Shown here piece after piece: positions 35,012-46,436 of a stretch of 64,000 bases of DNA. Location of the stretch: contig CAWJMB010000002.1 in the NCBI GenBank assembly GCA_963843845.1, forward strand, positions 2,240,001 through 2,304,000, given 5' to 3'. A program made the position numbers and the translations under genes. The notes beneath the pieces were generated by a model. It worked only from the letters and a program-made list of their open reading frames with translations. It was not told the origin of the DNA and made no database searches. Within the stretch, counting starts at the first letter, position 1, and the number at the start of each line of letters is the position of its first letter. This DNA is from an uncultured Gemmatimonadaceae bacterium. Lineage in GTDB: Bacteria > Gemmatimonadota > Gemmatimonadetes > Gemmatimonadales > Gemmatimonadaceae.

Positions 35012-35692
35012 TTACGGAGTCTCCTCCGCCAGCGCGTCGTCGGGCGTCTCCTCGCCGTTCGCCGCCAGCAGACGGGTCATGGTGTCCCGGATCAACGCGC
35101 CGTCGTGCCCACGCCGCGCGAGAAACGCGAACAGCCGCCGTCGGCGCGTTTCCGCGTCGACGCCGCCGAGGGTGCGCAGCTTCTTGCGCGCCGCCTGCTC
35201 GACGAGCGCCGCTTCGTCGACCGCTTCGTCCTCGAACACTTCGAGGATCGCTTCGTCGGCCGCCGCACCCCCCACCCCGCGTCGATACAGCTCGTCGCGC
35301 ACCCGACGCTTCGACGCGCCGCGACCCAGTACTCGCGACCTCGCGAACTGCCGCGCGAACGCGTCGTCGTTCACCAGGCCAGCGGCGGCGAGCCGCTCGA
35401 GCGCGCCGTCGACGTGGACGGCGACTTCCCCTTTCTGCACGAGGCGCCGCCGGAGATCGGATCGCGATCGCGGTTGCGCGGCGAGCATGTTCAACGCGCG
35501 GTCGTAGACCGCCAACACCGCGACCGCCGCGTCGAGCTCCACGCGCAGTGCGTCGTCGATCGCGAGGCCCACCCGCAGCGCGAACCGGTCGACGATCTCG
35601 AGCGACACCCGACCGACGTCGCGCCCGTCGAGCGCCAGCTCGTAACGCCCTTCCCTTCGCGCGCTCGCGACGATTCCGGTTACCGTCGTCAC
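35012..35692 (-). CDS. recX: Regulatory protein RecX
   Basis: Immediately downstream of recA; 'RSRSDLRRRL', 'GLVNDDAFA', 'ELYRRGV' and 'FLARRG'. Confidence 0.9.
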   Translation of the reverse strand: MTTVTGIVASARREGRYELALDGRDVGRVSLEIVDRFALRVGLAIDDALRVELDAAVAVLAVYDRALNMLAAQPRSRSDLRRRLVQKGEVAVHVDGALERLAAAGLVNDDAFARQFARSRVLGRGASKRRVRDELYRRGVGGAAADEAILEVFEDEAVDEAALVEQAARKKLRTLGGVDAETRRRRLFAFLARRGHDGALIRDTMTRLLAANGEETPDDALAEETP

Positions 35693-35860
35693 CGTGTCGT
35701 TAGGCAGATGAACCAGTCGACCTTCCGACGGCGCGCGAGGCGGCACCCGGCAGGCGAACACGGCGTCGCGGGGCGCCTGCCCACTCGGCCGAAGAGTCTC
35801 GACCGCACCCTTCGGCCATCAGCACCTCTCGACGCGTCACATCGGCGCGAGCTGACCCCG

Positions 35861-36898
35861 TCAATCTTCGGTCGGCTCGATCTCGGTCACGCCGGCGCCG
35901 ATCCCGAGGATCCCCTTCACCTTCTCCTCGACCTCGGTCATCAGCGTCTGATTGTCCTTGAGGTACATCTTCGCGTTCTCACGCCCCTGGCCGATCTTCG
36001 CGCCATTGTAGCTGTACCAGGCGCCCGACTTGTCGATGATCCCCGCCTCGGCGGCGATGTCGAGCACGAGCGACGCGTGGCTGATCCCCTCTGCATACAT
36101 GATGTCGAACTCGGCCTGCTTGAACGGCGGGGCGACCTTGTTCTTCACCACCTTCACGCGGACGTGCGAGCCGACGACATCCTCCTTGTCCTTCACGGGG
36201 CCGATGCGTCGGATGTCGAGGCGGAGCGACGCGTAGAACTTGAGCGCCTTGCCGCCGGTCGTCGTCTCGGGGTTGCCGAACATCACGCCGATCTTCTCGC
36301 GCAGCTGATTGATGAAGACGACCGACGTCTTCGACCGGGCGATCGCGCCGGTCAGCTTGCGCAGCGCCTGGCTCATGAGGCGCGCCTGCAGGCCGACATG
36401 GCTGTCGCCCATGTCGCCCTCGATCTCGGCCTTCGGCACGAGCGCGGCGACCGAGTCGATGACGACGACGTCGATGGCACCAGAGCGCACGAGAATCTCG
36501 CAGATCTCGAGCGCCTGTTCGCCGGTGTCCGGCTGCGACACGAGCAGATTCTCGACGTCGACGCCCAGCTTGCGCGCGTACTCGATGTCGAGCGCGTGCT
36601 CCGCGTCGATGAACGCGGCGACGCCACCAGCCCGCTGCGCGTTCGCGACGACGTGCAGACAGAGCGTCGTCTTGCCCGACGACTCCGGGCCGTAGATCTC
36701 GGTGATGCGGCCGCGCGGAATCCCGCCGATGCCGATCGCCGCGTCGAGGTTGATCGCCCCAGTGGGGATCGACTCGACCTTGACCTTCGTGTCGGTCCCC
36801 ATCCGCATGATCGAGCCCTTGCCGCAGTTCTTCTCGATCTGCGAGATGGCGAGATTGAGCGCCTTCTTCCTGTCGTCCGTGATGATCGACGTTGCCAT
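35861..36898 (-). CDS. recA: Recombinase RecA
   Basis: 'GPESSGKTT', 'FIDAEHALD', 'DSVAAL', '[13 protein letters not shown]' and 'KNKVAPPF'. Confidence 0.99.
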   Translation of the reverse strand: MATSIITDDRKKALNLAISQIEKNCGKGSIMRMGTDTKVKVESIPTGAINLDAAIGIGGIPRGRITEIYGPESSGKTTLCLHVVANAQRAGGVAAFIDAEHALDIEYARKLGVDVENLLVSQPDTGEQALEICEILVRSGAIDVVVIDSVAALVPKAEIEGDMGDSHVGLQARLMSQALRKLTGAIARSKTSVVFINQLREKIGVMFGNPETTTGGKALKFYASLRLDIRRIGPVKDKEDVVGSHVRVKVVKNKVAPPFKQAEFDIMYAEGISHASLVLDIAAEAGIIDKSGAWYSYNGAKIGQGRENAKMYLKDNQTLMTEVEEKVKGILGIGAGVTEIEPTED

Positions 36899-36954
36899 TG
36901 GTGTAGTCCGCCCGTGTGAAGTCGTGAAAGCGCTCCGTTCGCCGAAGCCCGAAT

Positions 36955-36983
36955 AAAATACGAAAATCGGACAGCTCAAGCAA
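36955..36983 (-). promoter_or_regulatory. Putative sigma70-like recA promoter (TTGCTT-17 nt-TATTTT)
   Basis: Minus strand reads TTGCTTgagctgtccgattttcgTATTTT in an AT-rich patch about 55 nt upstream of the recA ATG. Confidence 0.5.
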
Positions 36984-36991
36984 GCCGCGGG

Positions 36992-37366
36992 TCACCGCGT
37001 GACGGGGAGCGAGAACGCGTCCGGCACGTGTCGCACCCGGACCCCTCCCCGCTCGATTCGTACCCCGACGACGTCGAAGCGGTAGGCGTCGCCAGGTGCG
37101 CCGAACCGGTCGATCCAGACGTATGCGCTCCGCACGAGCTGCCGCTGCTTTCGCCACCCGACGGCTTCGACCGGGTCGCCGAAGTGCGCCCCGCGCCGAG
37201 CTTTCACCTCGACGAACGCCACGTCCTGCCCACGGCGAACGATCAGATCGACGTCACGGTGTCCGCTCCGGAACCGGTGCGCCACGATCGTCCACCCGCT
37301 TCGCGCCAACCACCGCGCCGCGATACGCTCGCCGAGGAGCCCGAGTTGCTGCCGCGCGTTCGTCAT
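36992..37366 (-). CDS. yraN: YraN family protein (UPF0102)
   Basis: 'LGLLGERIAA', 'DVDLIV', 'FVEVKAR' and 'RFDVV'. Confidence 0.9.
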   Translation of the reverse strand: MTNARQQLGLLGERIAARWLARSGWTIVAHRFRSGHRDVDLIVRRGQDVAFVEVKARRGAHFGDPVEAVGWRKQRQLVRSAYVWIDRFGAPGDAYRFDVVGVRIERGGVRVRHVPDAFSLPVTR

Positions 37367-37402
37367 GGAGCGAATCTGCGGTGCGAGCACCCGCCGCCAT
37401 CA

Positions 37403-38203
37403 TCATTTCATCGCGACCGGTGACGGATCGTTGCGGCGCCGCACCGCGAGCATCGCGCCCGGGTCGTCGCTGATGATGCCGCGGACGCCACGCGCCCACA
37501 GCCCATCCGCCTCGGCGGGGTCGTTCACGGTCCACACGTGAACGGGCACGCCCAGCGGCTCGAGCACGCGCACGAATCGCTCGACCGGCAGCGACAATCC
37601 CGAGTACCGGGTCGGGACGCACATCACCCGGAACGGAACGCGGCGCACCGGCACGCGACTCAGCACGCGCGCCATGAGCCACGCCACGTCGTTGCGCGAC
37701 GAGCCGACCGCGACCGCCGAGTCCCGGAACGGCGTGAGACACGCCGCGTCGAACGCGTCGACCACGGTGCGTGACGCCGCCCCGTAGCGTTCGACGACCT
37801 CGCGCGTCGGCGCGGCCGCGGCGGGCGTCTTGATCTCGATCAGCAGAGGCGTCGATGGAAAGCGCTCGATGACCTCTTCGAGCGTCGGCACGCGCACCCC
37901 ACGCTGGCGATACGGAAAGGTCACCCCGTCGCGCGTGAAGCGGGCGCCCGCGTCGAGCGCGCTCACCTCGCCGAGCCGCAGCGACTGGATCGCTCCGCGG
38001 CCCGCGGTCGTCCGGTCGACCGTCGGATCGTGATGCACGACGACGCGCCCGTCGCGCGTCAGGCGCACGTCGAACTCGATCGCATCGACGCCGGCCGCGA
38101 CCGCCTGCGCGAACGACTCGAGTGTGTTCTCCGGCGCGAATGCCGCATTGCCGCGGTGGCCGATGACCAGGCGGCGGGTGTCGACGCTGAGAAGTGGATG
38201 CAT
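37403..38203 (-). CDS. Glycerophosphodiester phosphodiesterase
   Basis: 'IGHRG', 'PENTLESF', 'EFDV', 'HHD' and 'VWTVND'. Confidence 0.92.
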   Translation of the reverse strand: MHPLLSVDTRRLVIGHRGNAAFAPENTLESFAQAVAAGVDAIEFDVRLTRDGRVVVHHDPTVDRTTAGRGAIQSLRLGEVSALDAGARFTRDGVTFPYRQRGVRVPTLEEVIERFPSTPLLIEIKTPAAAAPTREVVERYGAASRTVVDAFDAACLTPFRDSAVAVGSSRNDVAWLMARVLSRVPVRRVPFRVMCVPTRYSGLSLPVERFVRVLEPLGVPVHVWTVNDPAEADGLWARGVRGIISDDPGAMLAVRRRNDPSPVAMK

Positions 38204-38210
38204 CGTCAGG

Positions 38211-38260
38211 AAACGAGCGGGGGGCGGCGCGCCGACCGAGCCGCACCGCCCCCATCGCTC
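38211..38260 (-). terminator. Possible intrinsic terminator after the TonB receptor gene
   Basis: Imperfect GC-rich hairpin (GAGCG..GGGGGCGG / CCGCCCCC..CGCTC) followed by only a short T run. Confidence 0.35.
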
Positions 38261-38272
38261 ACACCGAACCGG

Positions 38273-41149
38273 TCAGAACGCGTATTGCAGACGCGTCGTC
38301 GCGAGTCGGCCGATCTGCGGCACGCCCACGAACGACTGCCGCTCGTTGTCCAACAGGTTCGTCACGTTGAGCGACACGCGTAGCCCGCGAAGCTGCGGGA
38401 CCTTCCACGAGACGCCCGCATCGAGGAAGGCGTTCACCGGGACCGAGGGGTACGCCACCGGCGTGCCGACGTTGTACGAGTTGAACACGCCCGAGTTGAC
38501 CGGGAAGGCGTCCGCGTAGCGTCCGCGCAGCTCGGCGCCGATGCCGGAGCGTTCCTGCTGGAAGCGCACGGTGGCCGTCGCCCGATGTTTCGCCGCGTTC
38601 GCCGCGAGGGGATTCAATGCGGTCGCACCCGGGGCGTTCGGGAAGACATTGCGATTCAGCCACGAATAGGTCGTTTCGAGCGACCACTCGTTCGTGAACA
38701 GAAGGTCACCCGCGAAGTCGGCGCCGTGCACGTTCACGAAGCCGGCGGCATTCTGGTACGAGAACACGAGGAAGGGCTGATCCTGCAGGGCGTTCGTGAA
38801 CGCCGTCGCCCCGACCGGAATCGCCGCGATGAGCGGCGTGAGATTCGTCGCCGCGGCGGTCGCCGTGGCCTGCGCGACCGCGGGCGACTGGCCGGCGGCG
38901 ACCAATCCCTGCGCGACGCCCTGTCCGAGGAACGCGCCGAGCTGCTGGGGATTGAACAGCACGACGGGATTCAGTATCTGGGTCGTCGGATCGGCCGGTC
39001 GGCGCTGGAACCAGAAGTCGGCCGACAGGCGCAGCTTCTGGCCGATCAGCCCCTTGTAGCCGGCCTCCAACGTATTCGAGAAGTTCGCGCCGAGCGGTGC
39101 GTAGTCGCGGACCGCCGTCGTCGCGACCGGCGTCCGCGTGTTGAGATCGAGGAGCGACGATCCCACCTGCGCGCTCGTCGGGCGTAGCGCGTTGAGCACG
39201 GGTCCGATCTGCGTGACGAGTCCGAGCAACTGTGCGCGCGCCGCTTCGCCGCCAGCACCGAACGAGCTCGCCGGGAGACCGCGGATCAAGCTGGGCAGCG
39301 CCTGGGCGAGCCCTGGAAACACCGCCGCCGCCGACGCGGGCAGCAGCTGGCCGGGCGCGTAGGGCGACCGCATGCACAGACCGCCGTTGACGCTCGGATC
39401 GCAGCTGCGCGCGAACTGCCACCCCTGCTTCGGCGGATTCCCGAGGATCTGCACCGGCATCCCCGGCACGGGCGTCTGCCCGGAGAACTGATCGAGGAAG
39501 AACGCGAACGACGCCGGCGAGTTGAACGCGCGGTTGAAGGTCAGCCGGAAGTTCTGCGTCGGCGTCGGCTTGAAGACGAGCGCCGCCCGAGGCGAGAACT
39601 GCGTCCCCTCGATCCGCGAGTTCACGTCGACTCGGCCGGCGAGCAGCAGGTCGAGCTTGTCGAAGACGGCGGTCGTCGTCTGCACGTAGCCGCCGTACTC
39701 GTTGATGTCGTCGTTGCCGTCGTTGCGCCCGTTGATCGTTCCCTCGGTGCGCGGGCGCGTGGCGATGTACTCGCCCCCGAGCACGACGCGGGTCGGTCCG
39801 AGCTCGAGCCCCTGCTGCGCCTGCCCGACGAGAACGCTCGACCGGTCGACCACCGGAATGCCGGTGCGCAGGTAGTAGGTGCCGCTCGCGTCGCTCGCGT
39901 CGTCGTTGCCGGCGTTCGACGAGTTGTAGAACGCCTGGGCGAAGAACTTCTTGTGGCGGAAGCGCTGCTGGAGGTTGAGGTAGCTCCAGTCGCGCACCTG
40001 CGCCGCGCCGAACGTCGTCGTGATCTCCATCCCGCGGCCGATGCGCGACATGCCGGCCGTCGTGATGAGCTCGGTGTTGTCGCCCGGGCGGAAGTCGAGT
40101 CGCGCCTCACCGGACATGCGGCGCAGATCGAAATCGCGCGCCACGCACGGCGCCACGGCGCTCGGTCGGGATGCGCGTGTCGGTCGTCGAGTAGCGCGTC
40201 GGCTCGTTCGGGTCGACGTACTGGAAGTCCTTCGCGGTGAAGTACTCGCCGGAGAGCTTGTACGCGAACTTGTCGCCGGGAATCACGCCGGCGTGGCGCA
40301 CCGACGACGCGCGCCGAGCGACCGCTCGCCGCCGTCGAGCGTGATCGGCGTCGTGCCGGCGGACTGGAACGGCGACTTCGTGATGACGTGCAGCACGCCG
40401 TTGCCCGAGTTCGGCCCGTAGAGCGCCGCGGCCGGCCCCTGCAGCACCTCGATGCGCTCGATGTCCTCGTTCGTGCCGGTGAACAGGAACGGCACGTTGA
40501 CGCGCAGCGACGGCACACCGGCGAAGCGATAGTCCTGCAGCATGAGCATCGACGTCGAGAACGCGTTGTTGAATCCGCGCGAGACGACGTTCGACTGCGC
40601 GATGCCGCCCGTCGAGATGACGAGGCCGGGCTGCGCCTTCAGGTGGTCGGTGACGGTGGCCGCCGGGCGCTCCGCGATCCGCTCGGCGCTGACCACCGAG
40701 ATCGCGTTCGGCGACTCGAGGATCTTCTCCGGCTCGGCGCCGCGGGTGGCGGTCGTCACGACCTGGTCGAGCTGCGACGCGCACGCCGACAGCGTCACGT
40801 TCACGGTCTGCGTCTGCCCGGCCGACACCGTCACGGTGTCGATGCGACGCGCGGAGAAGCCGATCCGCGTCACGACGAGCGCGTAGCGGCCGGCACGCAG
40901 GCCGGCGATGCGGTAGGCGCCGTCGGACCCGGTGGTCGCCAGGCCGGCCGCGGTGCCGCCATCGGTGTTCGCCTGCACGCGCGCGCCGGTGAGGGCGTTA
41001 CCGGCGACCTCGGTCACGCGGCCGGCGATCGTGCCGGTCGTCGCAGGTTGTGCGACTGCCGTCGTCGCGGACGACGGTGGCCAGCGCGAAGCCGGTGACG
41101 AATTGCATCAGCGTGGACCGACGGTGCTGCGGGCGAAGCCGTAGGGCAT
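38273..41149 (-). CDS. TonB-dependent receptor with N-terminal carboxypeptidase-regulatory-like domain; frameshifted in this sequence
   Basis: GGAGGTGA RBS plus ATG 41149; 'DQVVTTA', plug motif 'IERIEVLQGPAAALYG..GVLHVITK' and barrel end 'NLLD...LQYAF'. Confidence 0.9.
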
Positions 41150-41268
41150 CGGGGTCACCTCCAGAGGTAGGAAGACGCGCGGCGGGTGCGGCGCACCGAG
41201 AAGGGAATGCCGGGCTCGGAGCACGCCCAGCGTGGAGAGGACGTTACGGCCTGATCGGCGCTCGTCAA

Positions 41269-43740
41269 TCAGCCAGACGGCCGATTCCCGAACCGGTCGT
41301 CGAGGTCGTCGAGTCCCGACGAGGACTTCGCGCGGCTTCGAGCCGTTCTTCGGGCCGAGCACGCCGGCGGTTTCGAGCTGGTCGATGATGCGCGCCGCGC
41401 GACCGTAGCCGACGCCGAACTTCCGCTGGAGCAGCGACGTCGACGCCTCGCGCTGATGCACGAACAGCTCGGCCGCGTCGCGGAACAGGGTGTCGCGCTC
41501 GTCGCCGCCGTCGTCGAGTCGTCGGCGTCCTTCGCGTTCAGCAGTGCCTCACGCTTCTTCACGGTCTCGAGGATGTCCTCCTCATCGAGCGCCGCGTCGA
41601 CGCGTCGCCGCACGCTCGCAGCGCCTCGGCCGAGGTGCCGGCCTTCTTGTCGCGATACCACTGAGGAGCGCCTCGGTGTCTTCGCTCGACAGGAAGGCGC
41701 CCTGCAGCCGCGCGGGCTCGCTCTTTCCCGGCGGGATGAACAGCATGTCGCCGTTGCCTAACAGCGACTCGGCGCCGACACCGTCGAGAATGGTCTTGCT
41801 GTCGACGCCGGACGCGACGCGGAATGCGATGCGGCTCGGGAAGTTCGCCTTGATGAGTCCCGTGATGACGTTCACGCTCGGACGCTGCGTCGCGATGATG
41901 AGGTGGATCCCGATCGCGCGCGCCTTCTGCGCGAGCCGCGCGATCGGCGTCTCCACTTCGCCCTGCACCGTCATCATGAGGTCGGCCATCTCGTCGATCA
42001 CCACGACGATGTACGGCAGCGCCTTCCCCTTGTAGCGTGCGGTCCTCGAACGCGACGTCGGGACGCTTCGGCGTGAGCAGCGTCGCCCCTTCCCGAAAAC
42101 GCTGATTGAAGTCCTGCACGTTGCGGCACGCATTCGCGGCGAGCAGCGCGTAGCGGTCCTCCATCTCCATCAGCGCCCACTTGAGCACCGCCGCCGCGTC
42201 CTTGCTGTCGGTGATGACCTTGTGCCGCATGTGCGGAAGGTCGTTGTACACGGACAGCTCGACCATCTTCGGGTCGACCATCAGGAAGCGCAGCGTCTCG
42301 GGCGTGTGCCGGTACACGAGGCTCGTGATGATCGTGTTCACGCACACCGACTTGCCGGCGCCGGTCGCACCGGCGATCAGCAGGTGCGGCATCTTCGCGA
42401 GGTCGGCGATGACCGGCTTTCCTTCGAGGTCCTTGCCCAGCGCGATCGGCAGCGCCGCTTTCGCCGAGCTCGAACTCGGGGCTGTCGACGATCTCGCGGA
42501 AGGCGACCATCTCGCGCGTGGCGTTCGGCACCTCGATGCCGACCGCGCCTTTTCCCGGAATCGGTGCCACGATGCGGATACTCTGCGCGCGCATGGCGAG
42601 CGCCAGATCGCTGTCGAGCGACGCGATCTGACGCACCTTCACGCCGGGCGCCGGCTCGATCTCGAACTGCGTCACCGTCGGGCCGACCGTGCGACCGACG
42701 AGTTGCCCTTCGATCTTGAACGTGCGGAGCGCGTCCATCAGCTTCGCGCCCGCCGCGTCGAGCTCGCGTCGATTCACCTCGACGTTCCGCGGTGGCGCCG
42801 CGCTCAGCAGTGCCTTCGGCGGGCGCTCGGTCATCGCACCGTTCTCGCCGTCGACGGGCACGTCGCCGGCGCTGATCGCCGACATCAGCCGATCGGCCGC
42901 CACGGTCGTCTCGTCACCGCCTTTCGCCTTCCGCTTCCGACCGCGCGCCTCGGCGGCGTCGCTCGACGTCGCGATGGATTCGACCTGTGCGAGAAACGAC
43001 GGGTTCACCGAGGGCATCTCGTGCGGCGCCGGCTCGAGCTCGACGGCGATGTCACCGACCTCGCCCGTCTTCGCGCGGCGACGCCGGCCGCCGGTCGCCG
43101 CAGCGCCGTCTGCCTCGGACTGGGCGGCGATCGCGATCGGATCGTCGCCCCGGTGCGGTCCATGCCGCACGAGCAGCGCGCGCAGCGGGCTCCACGCGAG
43201 CGTCGTCACCGTCAGCACGCTCAACGCGAACGAGACGACGAGCCACGCGCCGACCGTGCCGAACAGGTCGCGGGTCGAGATCGCGAGGAACGCGCCCCAC
43301 AGCCCGGCCGCCGCACTCCGCTCCGCCTGTACCCGGATCCCCAGCGCCAGCGCGACCACGACCGGCATGAGCAGCACGAGCCCGCCGAGGAAGAGCAACC
43401 AGTCGCGGTCCGCGCGCTTGCCGAGGCGCTTGAAGTGGCGAAGGGCGTGCACGCCGGGCGCGATCGGTACCCAGAGCGCACCCGCCCAGCCGAAGCCGGC
43501 GAGCAGCGGCTCTGCGATCACGTCGCCGACGATGCCGAACGCGCTTCGCCCTGCCCCGCCGACGGCACGCGCAGCGAGCACGCCGCCGACGAAGAGCGCG
43601 GTGAGGAGAAAGGCGACCGCAGTCAGCTCCTGCCGGAGCGCCGTGGCGCGCGTGTCGTCAGACGGGAGTGTTCCGCGGGCGGGAGAGGGAGCGCCACGAC
43701 GCCCCCCGGGCGGGACTCCCGGGAGGGCCGGTACGCCCAT
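41269..43740 (-). CDS. ftsK: DNA translocase FtsK; frameshifted in this sequence
   Basis: N-terminal 4TM, '[14 protein letters not shown]', 'DPKMVEL', 'IDEMADLM', 'ATQRPS' and gamma domain '[24 protein letters not shown]'. Confidence 0.95.
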
Positions 43741-43743
43741 GAA

Positions 43744-44490
43744 CTACCGCTCCCAGTCAGGTCCGAGCGACACAATCTGCCGGTCGACGTACAGCGGCAC
43801 AACCGGGTGCGCGTCGACCTCGGCGCACGCGAGGAGGTCGTCGCCGAACCCGGCCGCGAGGAGCAGCTTGCCGTGATCGGAGTCGGCGAACAGGCCGCCG
43901 AGGCGGTCGCCGTATTGCTTGTCGATGAACGTGCAGACCCGCGCCGCGTCGTTCATCGCGACGTTCGGCATCCGCCGCGCGACGCCGCGTGCGAAGCGCC
44001 CCGCGCAGGCCGCGTCCTCGAGCCCGAAGTAGCGATCGCGCCCCGCGCAGATGATCGCGACGTCGATCCCGCCCCGCGCCGCGGCGCGGAGGAGGGCGAG
44101 CGCGGCGGAGAAGTTCACGTACGACGCGACGACGACGTCGCGCGCGCCCTGCGTGGCGAGCAGCGCCGGCGTGCCGTTCGTCGTCGACATGAGGATCGTG
44201 CGATCCGCGACGGCCTCGCGCGTGAACTCGGCCGGCGAGTTGCCGAAATCGAAGCCCGGCACCGCGAGCATCCGCCGTTCCCCGGCGAGCCGCACGTCTT
44301 CACGCGCGAAGCTCTTGGACCGGCTGATGACTTCCTCGGTGCTGTCGAACGGCACGACGCACCGCGCGCCGTGGTCGAGCGCGGTCGCGATCGTCGTCGA
44401 CGCACGCAGCACGTCGATGACCGCGACGACACGACCGGCGACGTCGGCCTGACCCACCGACGCCGCCCCGAACGACACATCGATCCGCAC
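43744..44490 (-). CDS. comB: 2-phosphosulfolactate phosphatase family protein
   Basis: 'VIDVLRASTTI', 'GER', 'FDFGNSP', 'TTNGT' and 'LED..CAG'. Confidence 0.88.
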   Translation of the reverse strand: MRIDVSFGAASVGQADVAGRVVAVIDVLRASTTIATALDHGARCVVPFDSTEEVISRSKSFAREDVRLAGERRMLAVPGFDFGNSPAEFTREAVADRTILMSTTNGTPALLATQGARDVVVASYVNFSAALALLRAAARGGIDVAIICAGRDRYFGLEDAACAGRFARGVARRMPNVAMNDAARVCTFIDKQYGDRLGGLFADSDHGKLLLAAGFGDDLLACAEVDAHPVVPLYVDRQIVSLGPDWER

Positions 44491-44492
44491 CG

Positions 44493-45884
44493 CTACGCGT
44501 GCTCCCGGCTCGCCGCGGTGCCGTCGCGCTGCAGCTCGCTCTTGATGCGGTCGAACTCGCGCTCGAGCCACTTCGTGTCCACGTCTCCCGCCTGGAACTG
44601 CGGGTGCTGCATGACGCGCGCGAGGAACGGGCTCGTCGTCGTCACACCCTCGATGATGAGACTCTCGAGGGCGATCTGCATCCGACGCAGCGCTTCCTCG
44701 CGATCGCGCCCCTGCACGATGAGCTTCGCGATGAGCGAGTCGTAGTACGGCGGTACCGTGTAGCCGGCGTAGACGTGCGTGTCGAGCCGCACCCCCGGCC
44801 CGCCCGCAGGATGAAACGTCTCGATCCGCCCCGGCGACGGCTGGAAGTTCTTCAGCGGATCTTCGGCGTTCACGCGGCACTCGATGACGTGCCCCCGCAG
44901 GGGCGGCAGCGTCGACACCGAGAGCTTCCCGCCCGCGGCGACGCGGATCTGCTCCTTCACGAGGTCGATCCCGGTGATCATCTCGGTGACCGGATGCTCG
45001 ACCTGGATGCGCGTGTTCATCTCCATGAAGTAGAACGAGAAGTCCTCGTTCAACAACATCTCGACCGTGCCCGCTCCGACGTAATTGATCGCCTTCGCCC
45101 CGCGCACCGCGGCCTCACCCATGCGCGCGCGCAGCTCGGGCGTCATCACCGGGCACGGCGACTCCTCGACGAGCTTCTGATGTCGCCGCTGCACCGAGCA
45201 GTCGCGCTCACCGAGGTGGATGACGTTCCCGTACGTGTCGCCGAGGATCTGGAACTCGACGTGGCGCGGGCGCGTGAGATACTTCTCGACGTACACGTCG
45301 CCGTTGTTGAACGCGCTGAGCGCCTCCGAGCGCGCGAGCTGGAACGAGCGCGCGAACTCGTCGGACTCGGTCGCCACGCGCATGCCTTTGCCGCCGCCGC
45401 CGGCCGCCGCTTTGATGATGACCGGGAACCCGATCTCCTCGGCGAAGCGGAGCGCCTCGTCCGGATCGTCGACCGGACCAGGAGTGCCCGGCACCACGGG
45501 GACGCCGACCGCCGCCATCGCCTTTCGTGCGGCGGCCTTGTCGCCCATGACGCGGATCTGATCCGCCGTCGGACCGATGAACGTGATCCCCGACGCCGTG
45601 CACGTCTCCGCGAACTCGGCGTTCTCGGCGAGGAAGCCGTAGCCCGGATGGATCGCGTCCGCCCCGGTGATCTCGGCCGCGGCGATGATGCGCGGGATGT
45701 TGAGGTACGACTCGCGCGACGGCGGCGGTCCGATGCAGACGTCGTCGTCCGCGAAGCGTACGTGGAGCGACTCGCGGTCGGCCTCCGAATACACCGCGAC
45801 CGTCTGCACGCCGAGCTCACGGCAGGCACGGATGACGCGGAGCGCGATCTCGCCGCGGTTCGCGATGAGGACTTTCTTGAACAT
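44493..45884 (-). CDS. accC: Acetyl-CoA carboxylase biotin carboxylase
   Basis: 'ANRGEIA', '[10 protein letters not shown]', 'GGGGKGM', '[12 protein letters not shown]' and '[14 protein letters not shown]'. Confidence 0.97.
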   Translation of the reverse strand: MFKKVLIANRGEIALRVIRACRELGVQTVAVYSEADRESLHVRFADDDVCIGPPPSRESYLNIPRIIAAAEITGADAIHPGYGFLAENAEFAETCTASGITFIGPTADQIRVMGDKAAARKAMAAVGVPVVPGTPGPVDDPDEALRFAEEIGFPVIIKAAAGGGGKGMRVATESDEFARSFQLARSEALSAFNNGDVYVEKYLTRPRHVEFQILGDTYGNVIHLGERDCSVQRRHQKLVEESPCPVMTPELRARMGEAAVRGAKAINYVGAGTVEMLLNEDFSFYFMEMNTRIQVEHPVTEMITGIDLVKEQIRVAAGGKLSVSTLPPLRGHVIECRVNAEDPLKNFQPSPGRIETFHPAGGPGVRLDTHVYAGYTVPPYYDSLIAKLIVQGRDREEALRRMQIALESLIIEGVTTTSPFLARVMQHPQFQAGDVDTKWLEREFDRIKSELQRDGTAASREHA

Positions 45885-45911
45885 CAGCGGGTGCCTAACG
45901 CAGTGAGGCGC

Positions 45912-46422
45912 TCACCCATGCGGGTCGATGCGGAACAGCACCTGCCCGTACTCGACCGGGTGCGCGTTCGTCGCCACGAGTTCGCGCACGACGCCGTCGA
46001 CCTCGCTCTCGATCTCGTTCATGATCTTCATCGCCTCGATGATGCAGACGATCTGCCCTTTCGCGACGCGCTGGCCGACGCTGACGTAGGGCGGCGAACT
46101 CGGGTCCGCCGATGCGTAGAACGTCCCCACCATCGGCGACTTGATCTCGGCGAGCTTCGCGCTCGCGGCCGCGGGTGGCGCGGGTGCCGCCTTCGGCGCC
46201 TCGGTGACGCGCCGGCATGCTCTCGGCGGGCGTCGGGAGCGAGGGCGCGAGTTGGGGCGCCATCATGGCCGGCATGGACGCCGCCATCTGCACGCCGCCG
46301 CGCTGCTGCGGCGTCTTCGAGATCCGCAGCTTCATCCCCTTGTCGGAGGAGATCTCGATCGAATCGACGGACGAGCCGTCGAGCATCTCGATGAGCTTCT
46401 TGACGTAGCGAAGATCGATCAT
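45912..46422 (-). CDS. accB: Biotin carboxyl carrier protein; frameshift in the Pro/Ala linker
   Basis: 'MIDLRYVKKLIEM' N-terminus, 'SPMVGTFY' and biotinylation motif 'EAMKIMNEI'. Confidence 0.93.
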
Positions 46423-46436
46423 GGGATCCGGTGGGG

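Noticed and set aside
41150..41268. Possible riboswitch upstream of the TonB receptor
   Set aside because: Leader is only about 90 nt after a plausible TTGACG-16-TAACGT promoter, and I see no cobalamin/TPP consensus.
43744..44490. comB as evidence for coenzyme M biosynthesis
   Set aside because: ComB-like phosphatases are widespread in bacteria and no other com genes are present.
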